Notes: a model not told the origin generated them from the sequence alone. Shown: positions 39,198 to 49,252, counted from the first letter of the stretch. The stretch: DNA of 64,000 nt from an uncultured Candidatus Bathyarchaeia archaeon (GCA_964533795.1 CAZHMI010000001.1:51869-115868), one strand, 5' to 3'. Translations and numbers: made by a program.

Positions 39198-42100
39198 CTA
39201 CATATAGTCGCTTAATCCACGTTGTTCATGTTCGCGCCTACGCTCTTGAAAGAGAGAATCAATCTCCTTCTCAATCAAAAGGAGCCTCTGCCAATAGTAC
39301 CAAAGATTCTCATCCCTGAAATCTGCATACGCAACCTTACTCGCCTCTAAGTCTGTTCGACCAGTTCCATACTTCAAGATGAGTTCCTTAGCAACCTCCA
39401 GATACTTCTCAATTGTGCCGCGATAAACTGTTAGCGAGATCTTGCCGCCGCATTTAGGGCATATTCCGCGTAGAGGAACCCGCCTAAACTTAGCGTTACA
39501 CTTTACACATCTAAGCTTCTGACTTGAGAAAGCCTTCAAATTCCCCGTAACATCACGCATAAAGTGAGTGGACAGAACTTTCCTAGCAACTTCACCGGCG
39601 TTAACAGCTTTAATCTTCTCTGCTAGACCAAGTTGCTCTCTAACCTTCTCCAGCATAGACCCTAATTTCTTATAGGTGCTCTCATGATTCCCAACGTTGA
39701 TGTCGCCAACTCTGTGCGTGAAGCCCCAAGACTCAAATTGATCCTCTTTACCCAGCCTGTGATACACCGTTTCAATGAAATCCGTTGCAACTCTAGGGTC
39801 CGTCCCTCGGGCAGCCTCCTCAAAGAAGACGGTCGGAAATCCGTCAACCACCTCTATGTTAGTAGCTTGACGAGCAACTTCAGACGGGTTAATAACCAAG
39901 GTTAAGAGCAGGGGGGCATCCATTAATCCGCCAATCTTAGCAGGGAGGAAGGCCCTAGAGAAATTCAAGAGCACGTCCAAAGCTAGGATCAATGCGTCCT
40001 CATCTCCATCGCAGTCACGTCTTTTCGCGGCGTGCCAGAAGGGGTGAGCGAAGCAAGCATTCGCCTTCGTAAACCCTATGATCCTACCAGCCACACCAAC
40101 AGATGTGTGTGGTGATAGCCCTATGACCATGTGGCCAACGAGATCGTCCTTAGATCGAACCTTATAGTAAGCAGGCAGCCCATACAACCGCTCAAGAAGC
40201 TCGTCAAGGAATCCAGCAACTCTGACGAAATATTCTGCGCACGTATCTGGAATTATTACGTCCCCAACCTTAATGGCGCAAAGCTGATCATCGCTAGCTA
40301 GGTCCTCGCCATCCATATCATAATCGTAGCCTAAGCCGCGGATCTTCCGAACAGGAACCCCCACTTCCCTTGGCTTGAAGTGCGTCAAAGGACAGTTCGT
40401 TGCATCGAAACGTACCGTTCCATCCTTGAAAACAGAAAGATTGTACTTAGCCCTTAGAATTCCCTTTTCGATGGGTTCAGGCACTCTGTTACCACTCGTT
40501 AGCCCTCTAACGCCCTTCACGACTTCGAGAGACTTCTCGACGCGAAGTCGGTTACACGCAGAATCAAAGATGTCCTTGAGGTCGATCGTTCTCCTCTCAT
40601 AAGAAACCACGGGAATTTTGCAAGCTGGACAAATGTCTTGCGGAAAGCTTCTTCCACAGTTAGGGCAGGCACGCTCGATTGAAGCCTCTACATGACACTT
40701 AGGACATGAAACTAGGTGCATTAACTCCTTACACGCGGGACAACGCCGCCTCACCAGCTCAACAGCAATCATTTGCTTAGTCGCAGCCGCCTCAACGATG
40801 TTCCTTCTTGGTCCGCCAGAGAGGCCAACCGGAAAGAGACAGTGAACTACTGGCCGCATTTCTCTGCGTTTAGCTTTCTCAGGTCGGCCCATTCTCGCTC
40901 CAACGAAAGTTGGGGCTTTATCATGAATCTTCACGCCAGACAGTTTGCTCGCAAGCTCCACGGTAGAGCTAGCGTCAAGTTCTCCATCGCCAACTTCCTT
41001 ATGCAACCCCAAACATCTATAGATGATCGCGGCTTCATCGTCAATCCTTATGATTTCGCCGGTCAGAACGTGTGGTATACAGAGCGTTTCAAGGGTTGCC
41101 TTCAACTCAGGGTTAAACTTCACCTCCACCTTAACCGGGAAAGCGCCTTCATGCTGAAATGCGGCAGAGCCGAAATATCGGCGAAGATTCTTGAACTCGT
41201 CGATCGATACGCTTCCCCAGAAATACGTGTATCTCGGATGCAACGGGATGCCTAGGGTATCAGATAGTTTAAGCGCCTCAATTGGCGTAGGTTTAGCCTC
41301 AAGAGCATCGGAGAGTAGGGAAGCGAGCCGCGGCTCCTCTATCTCGGTCTTCAACGCAATTTGCGATATAGATAATCCAGAGGCCTTGACGGCGCCGACA
41401 AGGAGTTCGCCCCACCACTCTTCTACGAACCCAGAAGGAACCAAAGGACGGTTGTTCTCAAGAAACTCTCCAAAATCAACAAGAAGATCGCCTAGAAACA
41501 GTATAGCTTCAACTGAACCAGCAACCCGTTCAGCAGTCTTCAAATCTTCAACCCGAAGAACCGCCCCATCATTCAGTCTTACGATTGGAGGCTCAATGGA
41601 CTCAACCGGAAGCACCACCCCCGCTTTCCCAGGCTTCTCTATCCGCAATTGTGTTCCAGCTGCGATGAAGCCCCCCAAAATAGCCATTGACGCAGGATGA
41701 ACGCCCAAAGCGGCCAATCCAGTATTCCTGGAACGGCCGTAGCGAAGTCTAAACCCTCCAGCAGACGCGGGAAAAGAGAAGATGGGTCTGCCTGCAACCA
41801 CATCTTCCATGTACATGAACTCACGAACTTCCTCATTCTCCGTCGTAGGCGGCCTTATCTCTCTCAGCCAGCCCCAGCCGCCGATCCCGAGCTTCTCCAC
41901 TATCTTCAGGACCTTCTGCGTTCTCCCAACGAGTCCATCGTTAACGACCCGTAGTGCACCTCCGCGAACGCGGTTCGTTTCAATTCTAGGGAGATTCCTG
42001 AAAGAAGCCACTTCGATAGGGTCTGTCTCTACACCGTTGACTTCAACAGGCAGATTCAACACGGCGTTGATAAGTTCTCTGTCAGAGAGCTTGTATTGGA

Positions 42101-42695
42101 AACGTGCAACTTCTCTTTCATAGAGCCTCAGCTCCTCTACGAATCTTCTCGCCTCCATCTCTGTACTCTTGTATCTATCCAACCCGAGTAAACGCCTGAC
42201 GAAGTCCGCGACGATAAGAATAAGAGCCATCTCCGTCCCTCCTGCTGAACGGATAGGACCCGCGAAATAAACCGCCAGATACTTGGTCTTATCCGGATTC
42301 GTCTTTATCCTAACGCTAGATATTCCTTGAATCGGAGCGACCGTGACGCCTTCATCAAGGATTCCCAAAGCTGTTCGAATGGCTTGCTCAGCAGCAGCCT
42401 CCCCTGAAACGCCAAATCTTCCGTAAACTATCTCCTCAGCAACCTTGAAAGCCAACTCTTCCCTAGGCATCAGTTTGCTGAGCTCACGAATTCTCGTAGC
42501 TATTTCAGGTGGCCCAACCGATTTTTCAACTCGCTCAGCTAAATCCAAGGTGACGATTGATTCTGGCTGAGAAGCAGGATCAAGCCCTTTCAATCGAGCC
42601 TGTTTAGCTATCGAGGCGATCTCCTCGAAGTCGCGTTCGAGCTTCAAGAAGTATTCTTCTTGAAGCTTAAGAAGGGGGCTCTCCAAAATATGCAC
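39198..42695 (-). CDS. DNA polymerase II (PolD) large subunit DP2, intein-free
   Basis: 1165 aa; N-terminal LAERVE.LVGP..IA.RIREL region; central zinc-finger cysteines (CPACK...CPKCH...CPNCG...CPACK; CVKCNAKF...CPKCGG). Confidence 0.9.
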   Translation of the reverse strand: MHILESPLLKLQEEYFLKLERDFEEIASIAKQARLKGLDPASQPESIVTLDLAERVEKSVGPPEIATRIRELSKLMPREELAFKVAEEIVYGRFGVSGEAAAEQAIRTALGILDEGVTVAPIQGISSVRIKTNPDKTKYLAVYFAGPIRSAGGTEMALILIVADFVRRLLGLDRYKSTEMEARRFVEELRLYEREVARFQYKLSDRELINAVLNLPVEVNGVETDPIEVASFRNLPRIETNRVRGGALRVVNDGLVGRTQKVLKIVEKLGIGGWGWLREIRPPTTENEEVREFMYMEDVVAGRPIFSFPASAGGFRLRYGRSRNTGLAALGVHPASMAILGGFIAAGTQLRIEKPGKAGVVLPVESIEPPIVRLNDGAVLRVEDLKTAERVAGSVEAILFLGDLLVDFGEFLENNRPLVPSGFVEEWWGELLVGAVKASGLSISQIALKTEIEEPRLASLLSDALEAKPTPIEALKLSDTLGIPLHPRYTYFWGSVSIDEFKNLRRYFGSAAFQHEGAFPVKVEVKFNPELKATLETLCIPHVLTGEIIRIDDEAAIIYRCLGLHKEVGDGELDASSTVELASKLSGVKIHDKAPTFVGARMGRPEKAKRREMRPVVHCLFPVGLSGGPRRNIVEAAATKQMIAVELVRRRCPACKELMHLVSCPKCHVEASIERACPNCGRSFPQDICPACKIPVVSYERRTIDLKDIFDSACNRLRVEKSLEVVKGVRGLTSGNRVPEPIEKGILRAKYNLSVFKDGTVRFDATNCPLTHFKPREVGVPVRKIRGLGYDYDMDGEDLASDDQLCAIKVGDVIIPDTCAEYFVRVAGFLDELLERLYGLPAYYKVRSKDDLVGHMVIGLSPHTSVGVAGRIIGFTKANACFAHPFWHAAKRRDCDGDEDALILALDVLLNFSRAFLPAKIGGLMDAPLLLTLVINPSEVARQATNIEVVDGFPTVFFEEAARGTDPRVATDFIETVYHRLGKEDQFESWGFTHRVGDINVGNHESTYKKLGSMLEKVREQLGLAEKIKAVNAGEVARKVLSTHFMRDVTGNLKAFSSQKLRCVKCNAKFRRVPLRGICPKCGGKISLTVYRGTIEKYLEVAKELILKYGTGRTDLEASKVAYADFRDENLWYYWQRLLLIEKEIDSLFQERRREHEQRGLSDYM

Positions 42696-42749
42696 CAGAA
42701 TAATTAGAACCCTTCCAGCATTTAATGCGCTCGCTATGTTGCAACGATT

Positions 42750-43007
42750 CTAGTGCTCTGTCGTCTGACTTGAGGCTGGCTTCCCTGTTGCGTAGAACTT
42801 GTCAGTGAACTTGCAGTATACATCGACCGGCTGCGAAGACCTCGCTGCTTCAAGTTCATCCTTCAGGCCGCAAGCACCACAATGGACAATGAAGCGGGCA
42901 GGCTCTTTGATGATCTTAACCGCCTCTTCCCCACAGCTCGGACATACAAACACTGTAGGTAGTTTCTTTTTAACTACCTTAACTACTCTTCTCCGTCTTC
43001 TACCCAA
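42750..43007 (-). CDS. elf1: Elf1-like zinc-ribbon transcription elongation factor
   Basis: MGRRRRRVVKVVKKKLPTVFVCPSCG...CGACG: a basic N-terminus plus a C4 zinc ribbon in 85 aa. Confidence 0.65.
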   Translation of the reverse strand: MGRRRRRVVKVVKKKLPTVFVCPSCGEEAVKIIKEPARFIVHCGACGLKDELEAARSSQPVDVYCKFTDKFYATGKPASSQTTEH

Positions 43008-43073
43008 TCATGTAGCCTCGAGAGTTATACCAAAAACTGTGCCTTTAAACATAGTGGGTCTAACTTAACTCAC

Positions 43074-44090
43074 TCAAAGACTATATGGAAGCCGCAAATC
43101 ATGCGCAACCGTTCTATACCCAATTTTCATAGCTAACGGCGGCCTACGCTTATGTTCATTCCGAAGCCACCTCTCTTCAACCCGTTTTACATCCTCAACT
43201 GGTAGCCCTAGCTGCCTAGAAATCTCCTCTGGCAGCATAAAGTGTTCAAGCCCGTACAGGATTAAGTCAAGAGCCTCGTATTTCAACCCGAGTTCTTGTT
43301 CAGCCGACTGCCCAGGCCATAGAGCCGGGGTTGGAGCCTTCTCCACTATCTCCTTCGGTATGTTAAGATGCCTCGCAAGAGCTTGAACTTGGGTCTTAAA
43401 TAGATCTGCTAACGGGGCGATATCAGCGCAGTAGTCACCCCACTTGGTGAAGTATCCCAGCATTATCTCGCTCTTGTCGCCACTCCCCGCTACTAATCTA
43501 TGCAGGCTGTTAGCATAATAATAAAGAACAATCATTCGGGAACGCGCCTTTATATTCCCGTCGGGAACGCGTTCCTCGTACTTGTATTCAGGAATTGTTT
43601 TCCGAAGAGCCTCGACGACTGCGGTGATATCGATCAGTCCAAACTGTATCTCGAACATTTCGCTAACCGCTTTGGCATGTCGCACATCTTGTTCGTTCCA
43701 CGTTTGGCGTTCAGGGAGGAAGATGCCTAAAACCTTGTTTCCTCCGATAGCCTTAGCTGAGAGCGCGGCAACCGTGGAACTATCTAAACCCCCGCTTAAG
43801 CCAACCACCAATCCATCTGCTTGCGTCTTCTCCACATATCCACGGATGAAGTTCAGCAGTCGCCGTTCGGTTTCCGGTATATCGATGTTAAGAATGGCCG
43901 GAGTGAGATTCAATCTTTGCCGCCTCTGGAAAAGATGATTGAGGAGCGCACTCTTAAACGCTTGGACGGTCAATTGAGCTTCTACACAAAAATTAATGCC
44001 GTGGTGAAATCCATCTCTATTACTTGGGACGAAGAACATGAAATCTGCTACTGTGGCTCTAGGGCAATTTGAGCCTAAAGTATGTGACAA
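43074..44090 (-). CDS. nadE: NH3-dependent NAD+ synthetase
   Basis: PP-loop GLSGGLDSS; about 290-aa core. The annotated N-terminal extension is probably not translated, because it overlaps the divergent nitrilase gene. Confidence 0.85.
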   Translation of the reverse strand: MSHTLGSNCPRATVADFMFFVPSNRDGFHHGINFCVEAQLTVQAFKSALLNHLFQRRQRLNLTPAILNIDIPETERRLLNFIRGYVEKTQADGLVVGLSGGLDSSTVAALSAKAIGGNKVLGIFLPERQTWNEQDVRHAKAVSEMFEIQFGLIDITAVVEALRKTIPEYKYEERVPDGNIKARSRMIVLYYYANSLHRLVAGSGDKSEIMLGYFTKWGDYCADIAPLADLFKTQVQALARHLNIPKEIVEKAPTPALWPGQSAEQELGLKYEALDLILYGLEHFMLPEEISRQLGLPVEDVKRVEERWLRNEHKRRPPLAMKIGYRTVAHDLRLPYSL

Positions 44091-44865
44091 AGACTACAAC
44101 ATCAAGAAGATGGAAGAACAAGCGACTCACGCCGCCAAAAACGAATGTGACCTCATTATCTTCCCAGAGATGAGTTTAACAGGATACATTTGTCGAGATC
44201 TTATCTACAAGTTGGCAGAACCGATAAATGGGCCCTCCATCGACAAACTAGAAAGAGTAGCCCGAGATCACAATCTTCATATCGTCTTAGGAATGCCGGA
44301 GGAAAGTGAAGCGAGGGGCATAATTCACAATGCTTCCGTACTACTAGGTCCAACTGGCGTACTTGGTACATACCGGAAAATGTACCTCCCTACACATAGC
44401 GTATTCGAAGAGAAACGCTACTTCCGCCTAGGCTACGAAATCCAGACCTTCAAAACCAAAATTGGCAATATTGGCATGTTAATATGCTATGATATTTTTT
44501 TTCCTGAAATCGCTCGCTTTCTCACCGTGGACGGCGCTCAGATCATCGTCTGCATCTCCGCTTCACCGAGTGGAAGAAGAGATTACTTTGAAACACTGAC
44601 AAAAGCGAGAGCGATCGAGAACAGCGTTTTCTTGGCTTATGTTAACTTGGTTGGGATAGAGGATGGCTTGCAATTCTGGGGCGGTAGCCACTTGTTGAGC
44701 CCTGAAGGGAGGCTTCTAGCTAAAGCGAAGTATGATGAAGAAGACGAAGTCTTCGTAACAATTGATTACGAAGATGTGCCTCGAGCGAGAACCTTCATCG
44801 CCACGCTCAAAGATTTGAGGCCTGAGTTGCTTGACTCCTTGAGGAAGAAGGTAAGCGAGCTTTAA
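44038..44865 (+). CDS. Carbon-nitrogen hydrolase (nitrilase superfamily)
   Basis: E-K-C triad context: IIFPEMSLTGY, YRKMYLP and LICYD (catalytic Cys). Confidence 0.8.
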   Translation: MKSATVALGQFEPKVCDKDYNIKKMEEQATHAAKNECDLIIFPEMSLTGYICRDLIYKLAEPINGPSIDKLERVARDHNLHIVLGMPEESEARGIIHNASVLLGPTGVLGTYRKMYLPTHSVFEEKRYFRLGYEIQTFKTKIGNIGMLICYDIFFPEIARFLTVDGAQIIVCISASPSGRRDYFETLTKARAIENSVFLAYVNLVGIEDGLQFWGGSHLLSPEGRLLAKAKYDEEDEVFVTIDYEDVPRARTFIATLKDLRPELLDSLRKKVSEL

Positions 44866-45103
44866 GCGCAGACAGGCAATTACGTCTTTTGTCCCCTTGA
44901 TCTAACCGCCCCTGGGAATGACTATTGTTCGTTGATTATCGGAATATCGGCACCATATCTTTTTAGGTCAAATGAGAATACAAAATTGTATTCGATAGAG
45001 GGGGACCCCTACGCTCGAGGATAAAACGGTCGAAGAAGAACGCTCGTGGCTCAAACGGACACTCGATGACCCGTTTGTCGTTCTTCTGCTCGAAAATAGT
45101 AAT

Positions 45104-45502
45104 TTGACCAAGAAACAGTTTGAAACATTCATTATCGATCTGTTGGGAACCCAATTTTCCACGCAATCTCGCGGAAGAATAAGAAAACTGAGAACTAGGA
45201 CAGATACACTCAAGATATCAAGAGGCGCATTCAACAGGACCTTGAATCAAGCGAAAGTGAACGTCGTCAGATCCATCTACACGCTCTTTCTACTCGGCTA
45301 TGCTGGAGTTTTCGACACCCCTCAACTAGGTCCCTTCATCGAGTTGGCAGACAACATAAAAGCATATCTCGAAGAGAGAAAGACGGCCGCGGAGCACGTT
45401 GGTGACGAAGAGTACAAAAAAGCAGTTCAAGACATATCAAAGAAACTGGCAGAGCTCATAGAAAACCTTGCTGAACGCCCTGCGTCCGCGGACGGACTGT
45501 GA
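45104..45502 (+). CDS. Hypothetical protein
   Basis: ORF only; no motifs recognised. Confidence 0.3.
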   Translation: MTKKQFETFIIDLLGTQFSTQSRGRIRKLRTRTDTLKISRGAFNRTLNQAKVNVVRSIYTLFLLGYAGVFDTPQLGPFIELADNIKAYLEERKTAAEHVGDEEYKKAVQDISKKLAELIENLAERPASADGL

Positions 45503-45806
45503 CGCTGTGACGTCGCACCGCGTTCGTTTCATTCACCTCGCATACTCCTGATATTGAACAAGAGCACAGGGGTTTTTGAGTTGTGCCACGGATGAGGAGG
45601 TCTGCCCATACCTCCGAACATATCACACATATCAAAGCCATGTCACGCAGAGCTCACCTATGATGAGCAATTTATGCTGGTCCCAGCGCTTAGAGAGAAC
45701 CCTACACATCACGTCAATATCATCCTTCCGAGCGGAGCGGGCTTCATGCCAATCTTCACGAGAAAGGTAAAAATACATGTGACGTCACATAACATCACAG
45801 ATAGCC

Positions 45807-46511
45807 TTGAACTCAGTGGACTGGGCGGTTTCTGCTTTCGTTGGCCTAGCGCTGTCTGTTGGCGTTCTTCTTCTGGCGTTGTCTATGCGCTATAGGCGCG
45901 ACCGACGATTGTTCATGGAATCGAAGGACCTTGTCGGCGGAGTTGTTCGAGTTTTCAGTGGCCGGCTCCAAGAGCAGGGGGAAATGCTAGTTGCACTGGA
46001 GGGAACCGTGCGCCGAGTCTTGAAGACGCAAGAGGAACAGCAAGCAAGACTGGAGAAGATTACAGAGCATATGGCGCAATCGATGGATCTCCAACAACGA
46101 TCAATAGGAGTATTAGCAAGACTTGGACGAAAGGTCACCCAGCTTTTGCCCATTTCTGCTTCGAAAGAAAAGGAAGGCGCTCTGCAGGAGTTAGTGGCGA
46201 GCGAATCTGTGACGCCTATTGATGTCGCGCTCTCAAGGTTGACTCCCACTGAATTAAAGGTCCTACAATTGCTTGTCATGGAGGGCCCACTACCATCTCC
46301 GAGTATCAGAATGACCATCGGAAAGTCCAGAGAGCATACGGCGAGGCTGATGAAAAGACTCTACGAACAGGGCTACGTAGATCGGGAGACGTCAAGGATT
46401 CCTTATCGATATAAAGTGAACGACAAGATACATGGCGTATTAGAGAAGAGGGAGAAAGAACACATTAAGCAGAAGGTTGAACGACAGGCCCAGGAGAAGG
46501 GGGCTGCTTAA
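45807..46511 (+). CDS. Membrane-anchored coiled-coil protein with C-terminal winged-helix domain
   Basis: N-terminal TM (AVSAFVGLALSVGVLLLAL), then a coiled coil, then LTPTELKVLQLLVMEGPLPSPSIRMTIGKSREHTARLMKRLYEQGYV (MarR-like wHTH). Confidence 0.45.
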   Translation: MNSVDWAVSAFVGLALSVGVLLLALSMRYRRDRRLFMESKDLVGGVVRVFSGRLQEQGEMLVALEGTVRRVLKTQEEQQARLEKITEHMAQSMDLQQRSIGVLARLGRKVTQLLPISASKEKEGALQELVASESVTPIDVALSRLTPTELKVLQLLVMEGPLPSPSIRMTIGKSREHTARLMKRLYEQGYVDRETSRIPYRYKVNDKIHGVLEKREKEHIKQKVERQAQEKGAA

Positions 46512-46935
46512 CGGCATAGCGCCATTCGTTTGACGATCCGGATCGTGTGATCAGGCCCCTGTCGACAAGCCTTGAAAGGTAAGTGGAAACCGTACTGAGC
46601 GCAGGACAATCAGCATAGACCATTTCATACTCCCTTTGAACATCCTTTGACGAAAATATTCGGTCAGAGAAGCGGCCGAGCACGAGCGCCGTCAAGCGGT
46701 CAAATTTGTTACTGGGGGCAGAGAGGAGTGTTCTATCAGAGGAAACTCCGCCCGCGGTCCCCGCCATGAGTTCCATATAATCCAGCAGCTGAGAGATCTT
46801 TTCCCGGGTGATTTGTCCTTCGACAGTGACCGTATGCTTTATTCCACGGTCGTCTGTAAATTGAATTCTCACTTTCCTTTTTACCATAAGGAAGCCAGGT
46901 CTGCGGCTGCGCAGTTTCACTAGCTTCATGTTCAC
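46465..46935 (-). CDS. Hypothetical protein with C-terminal winged-helix motif
   Basis: LSTVSTYLSRLVDRGLITRS recognition-helix-like segment. Convergent overlap with the preceding gene. Confidence 0.35.
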   Translation of the reverse strand: MNMKLVKLRSRRPGFLMVKRKVRIQFTDDRGIKHTVTVEGQITREKISQLLDYMELMAGTAGGVSSDRTLLSAPSNKFDRLTALVLGRFSDRIFSSKDVQREYEMVYADCPALSTVSTYLSRLVDRGLITRSGSSNEWRYAVKQPPSPGPVVQPSA

Positions 46936-47442
46936 ATGCTTAAAGAATTTTCGGTGAATTTAGCGGAGGATGCAGGTAAGACGCAGAAGGTGCGCATGAG
47001 TCTCCAGTGGAAAAACATACGTTCCAGTGGAAATAAAGGGGTCTCTGACGTAATTCACAGCTGGAGTAAAGAAAAGTGACTCGTTGACTCGAAAGAGAAC
47101 CAAAATAGAAAGAGTTTTCCGCTTGTGAAGTGTCTTCGCGAACATCTAGACTCGCCCTTCGTTTCAATTGGAGACCTGCTAGGGCCAAAACTTGTGTCTT
47201 CAGGCCAAGAGCGAGTATTTAGTACAGGATCGTAAACGCCGTCTTTTTTACCTTAAGCTTGCGACTAACCGTTTGGAGACTATACAATATTCTAACACCA
47301 TACTCCAAAACCACCAGGAGGCTCCACTCGAAAAGTAGGGGTGCGGGGTATAGTTTCCTCTTGTTCCTCATCTCCTTTCCTGTACAATATTGGTTAATAT
47401 ACTTCCACTCGAAACACGACGGTTACCTTTGGAGGGCCTTCT
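46936..47442. promoter_or_regulatory. Candidate replication origin (oriC) with ORB-like repeats upstream of orc1/cdc6
   Basis: Tandem boxes CTCCAGTGGAAAAACATAC (47002-47020) and TTCCAGTGGAAATAAAGGGGT (47022-47042). The second carries the G-string. Further related boxes are TCCACTCGAAAAGTAGGGGTGCGGGGT (~47323) and TTCCACTCGAAACA (~47404), and TACAATATT is repeated twice. Confidence 0.6.
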
Positions 47443-48690
47443 GTGTCTGGCAAAACCCTAGAAGGAATCTTCGATAAGTTTCTCTCTGGCTCGACGATAT
47501 TCCTAGACAGAAATGTTCTCAGACACGACTATGTTCCTGGAACACTCCCGCACCGAGACGAACATATTCACAGACTCGGTGGAATACTAGGACCAGCGTT
47601 GAACTCATCGAAAATATCAAACATATTCCTCTATGGCAAGACGGGAACAGGAAAGACAGCGGTAGCAAAGTTCGTTCTCTCTCGCCTTGAGCGCAAAGCG
47701 CAGGAAGTGGGGGTTCCTCTAGGAAGCGCCTACGTGAACTGTAGGTTGGCAGGGACTAACTATAGGGTCCTAGCTGAGTTATGCCGAGCGGTTGGGGCTG
47801 AAGTACCCTTCACGGGGCTTGCAGTCGGGGAACTTCTTGATCGCTTTCGCGAAGCGTTGAGCCATACTGGATCCCCGCTCCTAGTTGTTCTAGACGAAAT
47901 AGATGCATTAGTCCGGCGGCAGGAAGACGATGTTCTTTTGTACGAACTGACGCGGATTAACGAAACGCTGAGGCGAAGCTGGGTTTCTCTCATTGGTGTG
48001 TCTAATGATCTTCATTTCAAAGAGTTTCTCGACCCTCGCGTTTTAAGTTCCTTGAGCGAAGAAGAAGTAGTGTTCAAACCGTACTTAGCGGACGAGCTGT
48101 ACGACATTCTTTCTGAAAGAGCGGGGACGGCGTTTCGGCCGGGTACGATGCACGATGCGACACTGCGGTTGTGTGCAGCATTAGCAGCTGGTGAGCATGG
48201 CGATGCGCGCAGAGCCCTCGATCTTCTTAGAGTGGCGGGAGAGATAGCGGAGAGAGAAGGTTCTTTTGCAGTTACGGAACAACACGTCAGGCTAGCCCAA
48301 CAGAAAATTGAACGAGATCGTGTTTCTGAAGTTCTGAAATCTCTTCCAGTTCACTCAAAGCTTTTGTTGACAGCGGTTCACTGCATCAGCATCAAGCTAC
48401 CTGATGGCGCGGTGACAGGGGATATCTACGAGGTCTACAATGAGCTGTGTAGTCAGGCCGGGATCGAGCCGCTAACTCAAAGGCGGGTCAGCACGCTTGT
48501 GAGCGAGTTAGACGTCATGGGCATCCTTAACGCCCGGATCGTTAGTTTCGGTAGATACGGAAGAACGAAGAGGATCCGCCTAGCGGCTTCAAGCAAAGCC
48601 ATTATAGAAGTATTCTCAGAGGATAGTCTAGTCGGGCGCCTACTAAAACATGTTCCAAGATGCCTCAAGCAACGTAAGAGTAGCCCTTAG
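47443..48690 (+). CDS. cdc6: Orc1/Cdc6 replication initiator (AAA+ with C-terminal winged helix)
   Basis: Walker A LYGKTGTGKT, Walker B LLVVLDEID, sensor regions and a C-terminal wHTH. Confidence 0.9.
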   Translation: MSGKTLEGIFDKFLSGSTIFLDRNVLRHDYVPGTLPHRDEHIHRLGGILGPALNSSKISNIFLYGKTGTGKTAVAKFVLSRLERKAQEVGVPLGSAYVNCRLAGTNYRVLAELCRAVGAEVPFTGLAVGELLDRFREALSHTGSPLLVVLDEIDALVRRQEDDVLLYELTRINETLRRSWVSLIGVSNDLHFKEFLDPRVLSSLSEEEVVFKPYLADELYDILSERAGTAFRPGTMHDATLRLCAALAAGEHGDARRALDLLRVAGEIAEREGSFAVTEQHVRLAQQKIERDRVSEVLKSLPVHSKLLLTAVHCISIKLPDGAVTGDIYEVYNELCSQAGIEPLTQRRVSTLVSELDVMGILNARIVSFGRYGRTKRIRLAASSKAIIEVFSEDSLVGRLLKHVPRCLKQRKSSP

Positions 48691-49252
48691 AACAGTCGGA
48701 GTAGACGACGGAGGATTTCAATCACACTGGTCCTCGATTGGCAGAAAAGGCAAAGCCGTTCTCGCAGCCGTCCTGTTAAGTGATTACTGGATTGACGACA
48801 TTCGCGTTGGAGAGATAACGGTTGACGGGCTAGATGCCACCGTTATTCTCGCAAAGCTTCTCACCTCTTGGGAGTTTGACGCCGTACTCCTAAGCGGAGT
48901 ATCCTTCGCCGGCTTCAACCTTATAGACGCGGAGACCATCCACAAGACGTTTCGGAAACCGGTTGTAATTGTTTCGGGAGACAAGCCAGACAACGTAGCG
49001 GTGAAGAAAGCCTTACAGAAACATTTCACGGATTGGGAGACAAGATGGAAGATCGTCAAGAAACTTGGTAGAATCTATCGCGTAGCTCCAAAAGTTGCGG
49101 AGCCTCCTCTATACTTTGAGGCGGTTGGGTTAAGCGCCAAATCGGCGAGGTTGATGATACGGGCTTTAGCCGTTTCCTCACGACTTCCGGAACCCATCAG
49201 AGTAGCGCGACTCCTCGCGCGCGGCTTGACGCGGCAGGGTGATGGCGCTTAA
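48650..49252 (+). CDS. DUF99/UPF0215 family protein (endonuclease-V-like fold)
   Basis: GVDDGGF near the N-terminus is typical of DUF99. It abuts orc1 and polD-DP1. Confidence 0.5.
   Translation: MFQDASSNVRVALRTVGVDDGGFQSHWSSIGRKGKAVLAAVLLSDYWIDDIRVGEITVDGLDATVILAKLLTSWEFDAVLLSGVSFAGFNLIDAETIHKTFRKPVVIVSGDKPDNVAVKKALQKHFTDWETRWKIVKKLGRIYRVAPKVAEPPLYFEAVGLSAKSARLMIRALAVSSRLPEPIRVARLLARGLTRQGDGA

Noticed and set aside
39662-42123. Multiple 60-170-aa ORFs on both strands inside the PolD DP2 gene
   Set aside because: They are embedded in a 1165-aa ORF with clear PolD DP2 similarity and are shadow ORFs.
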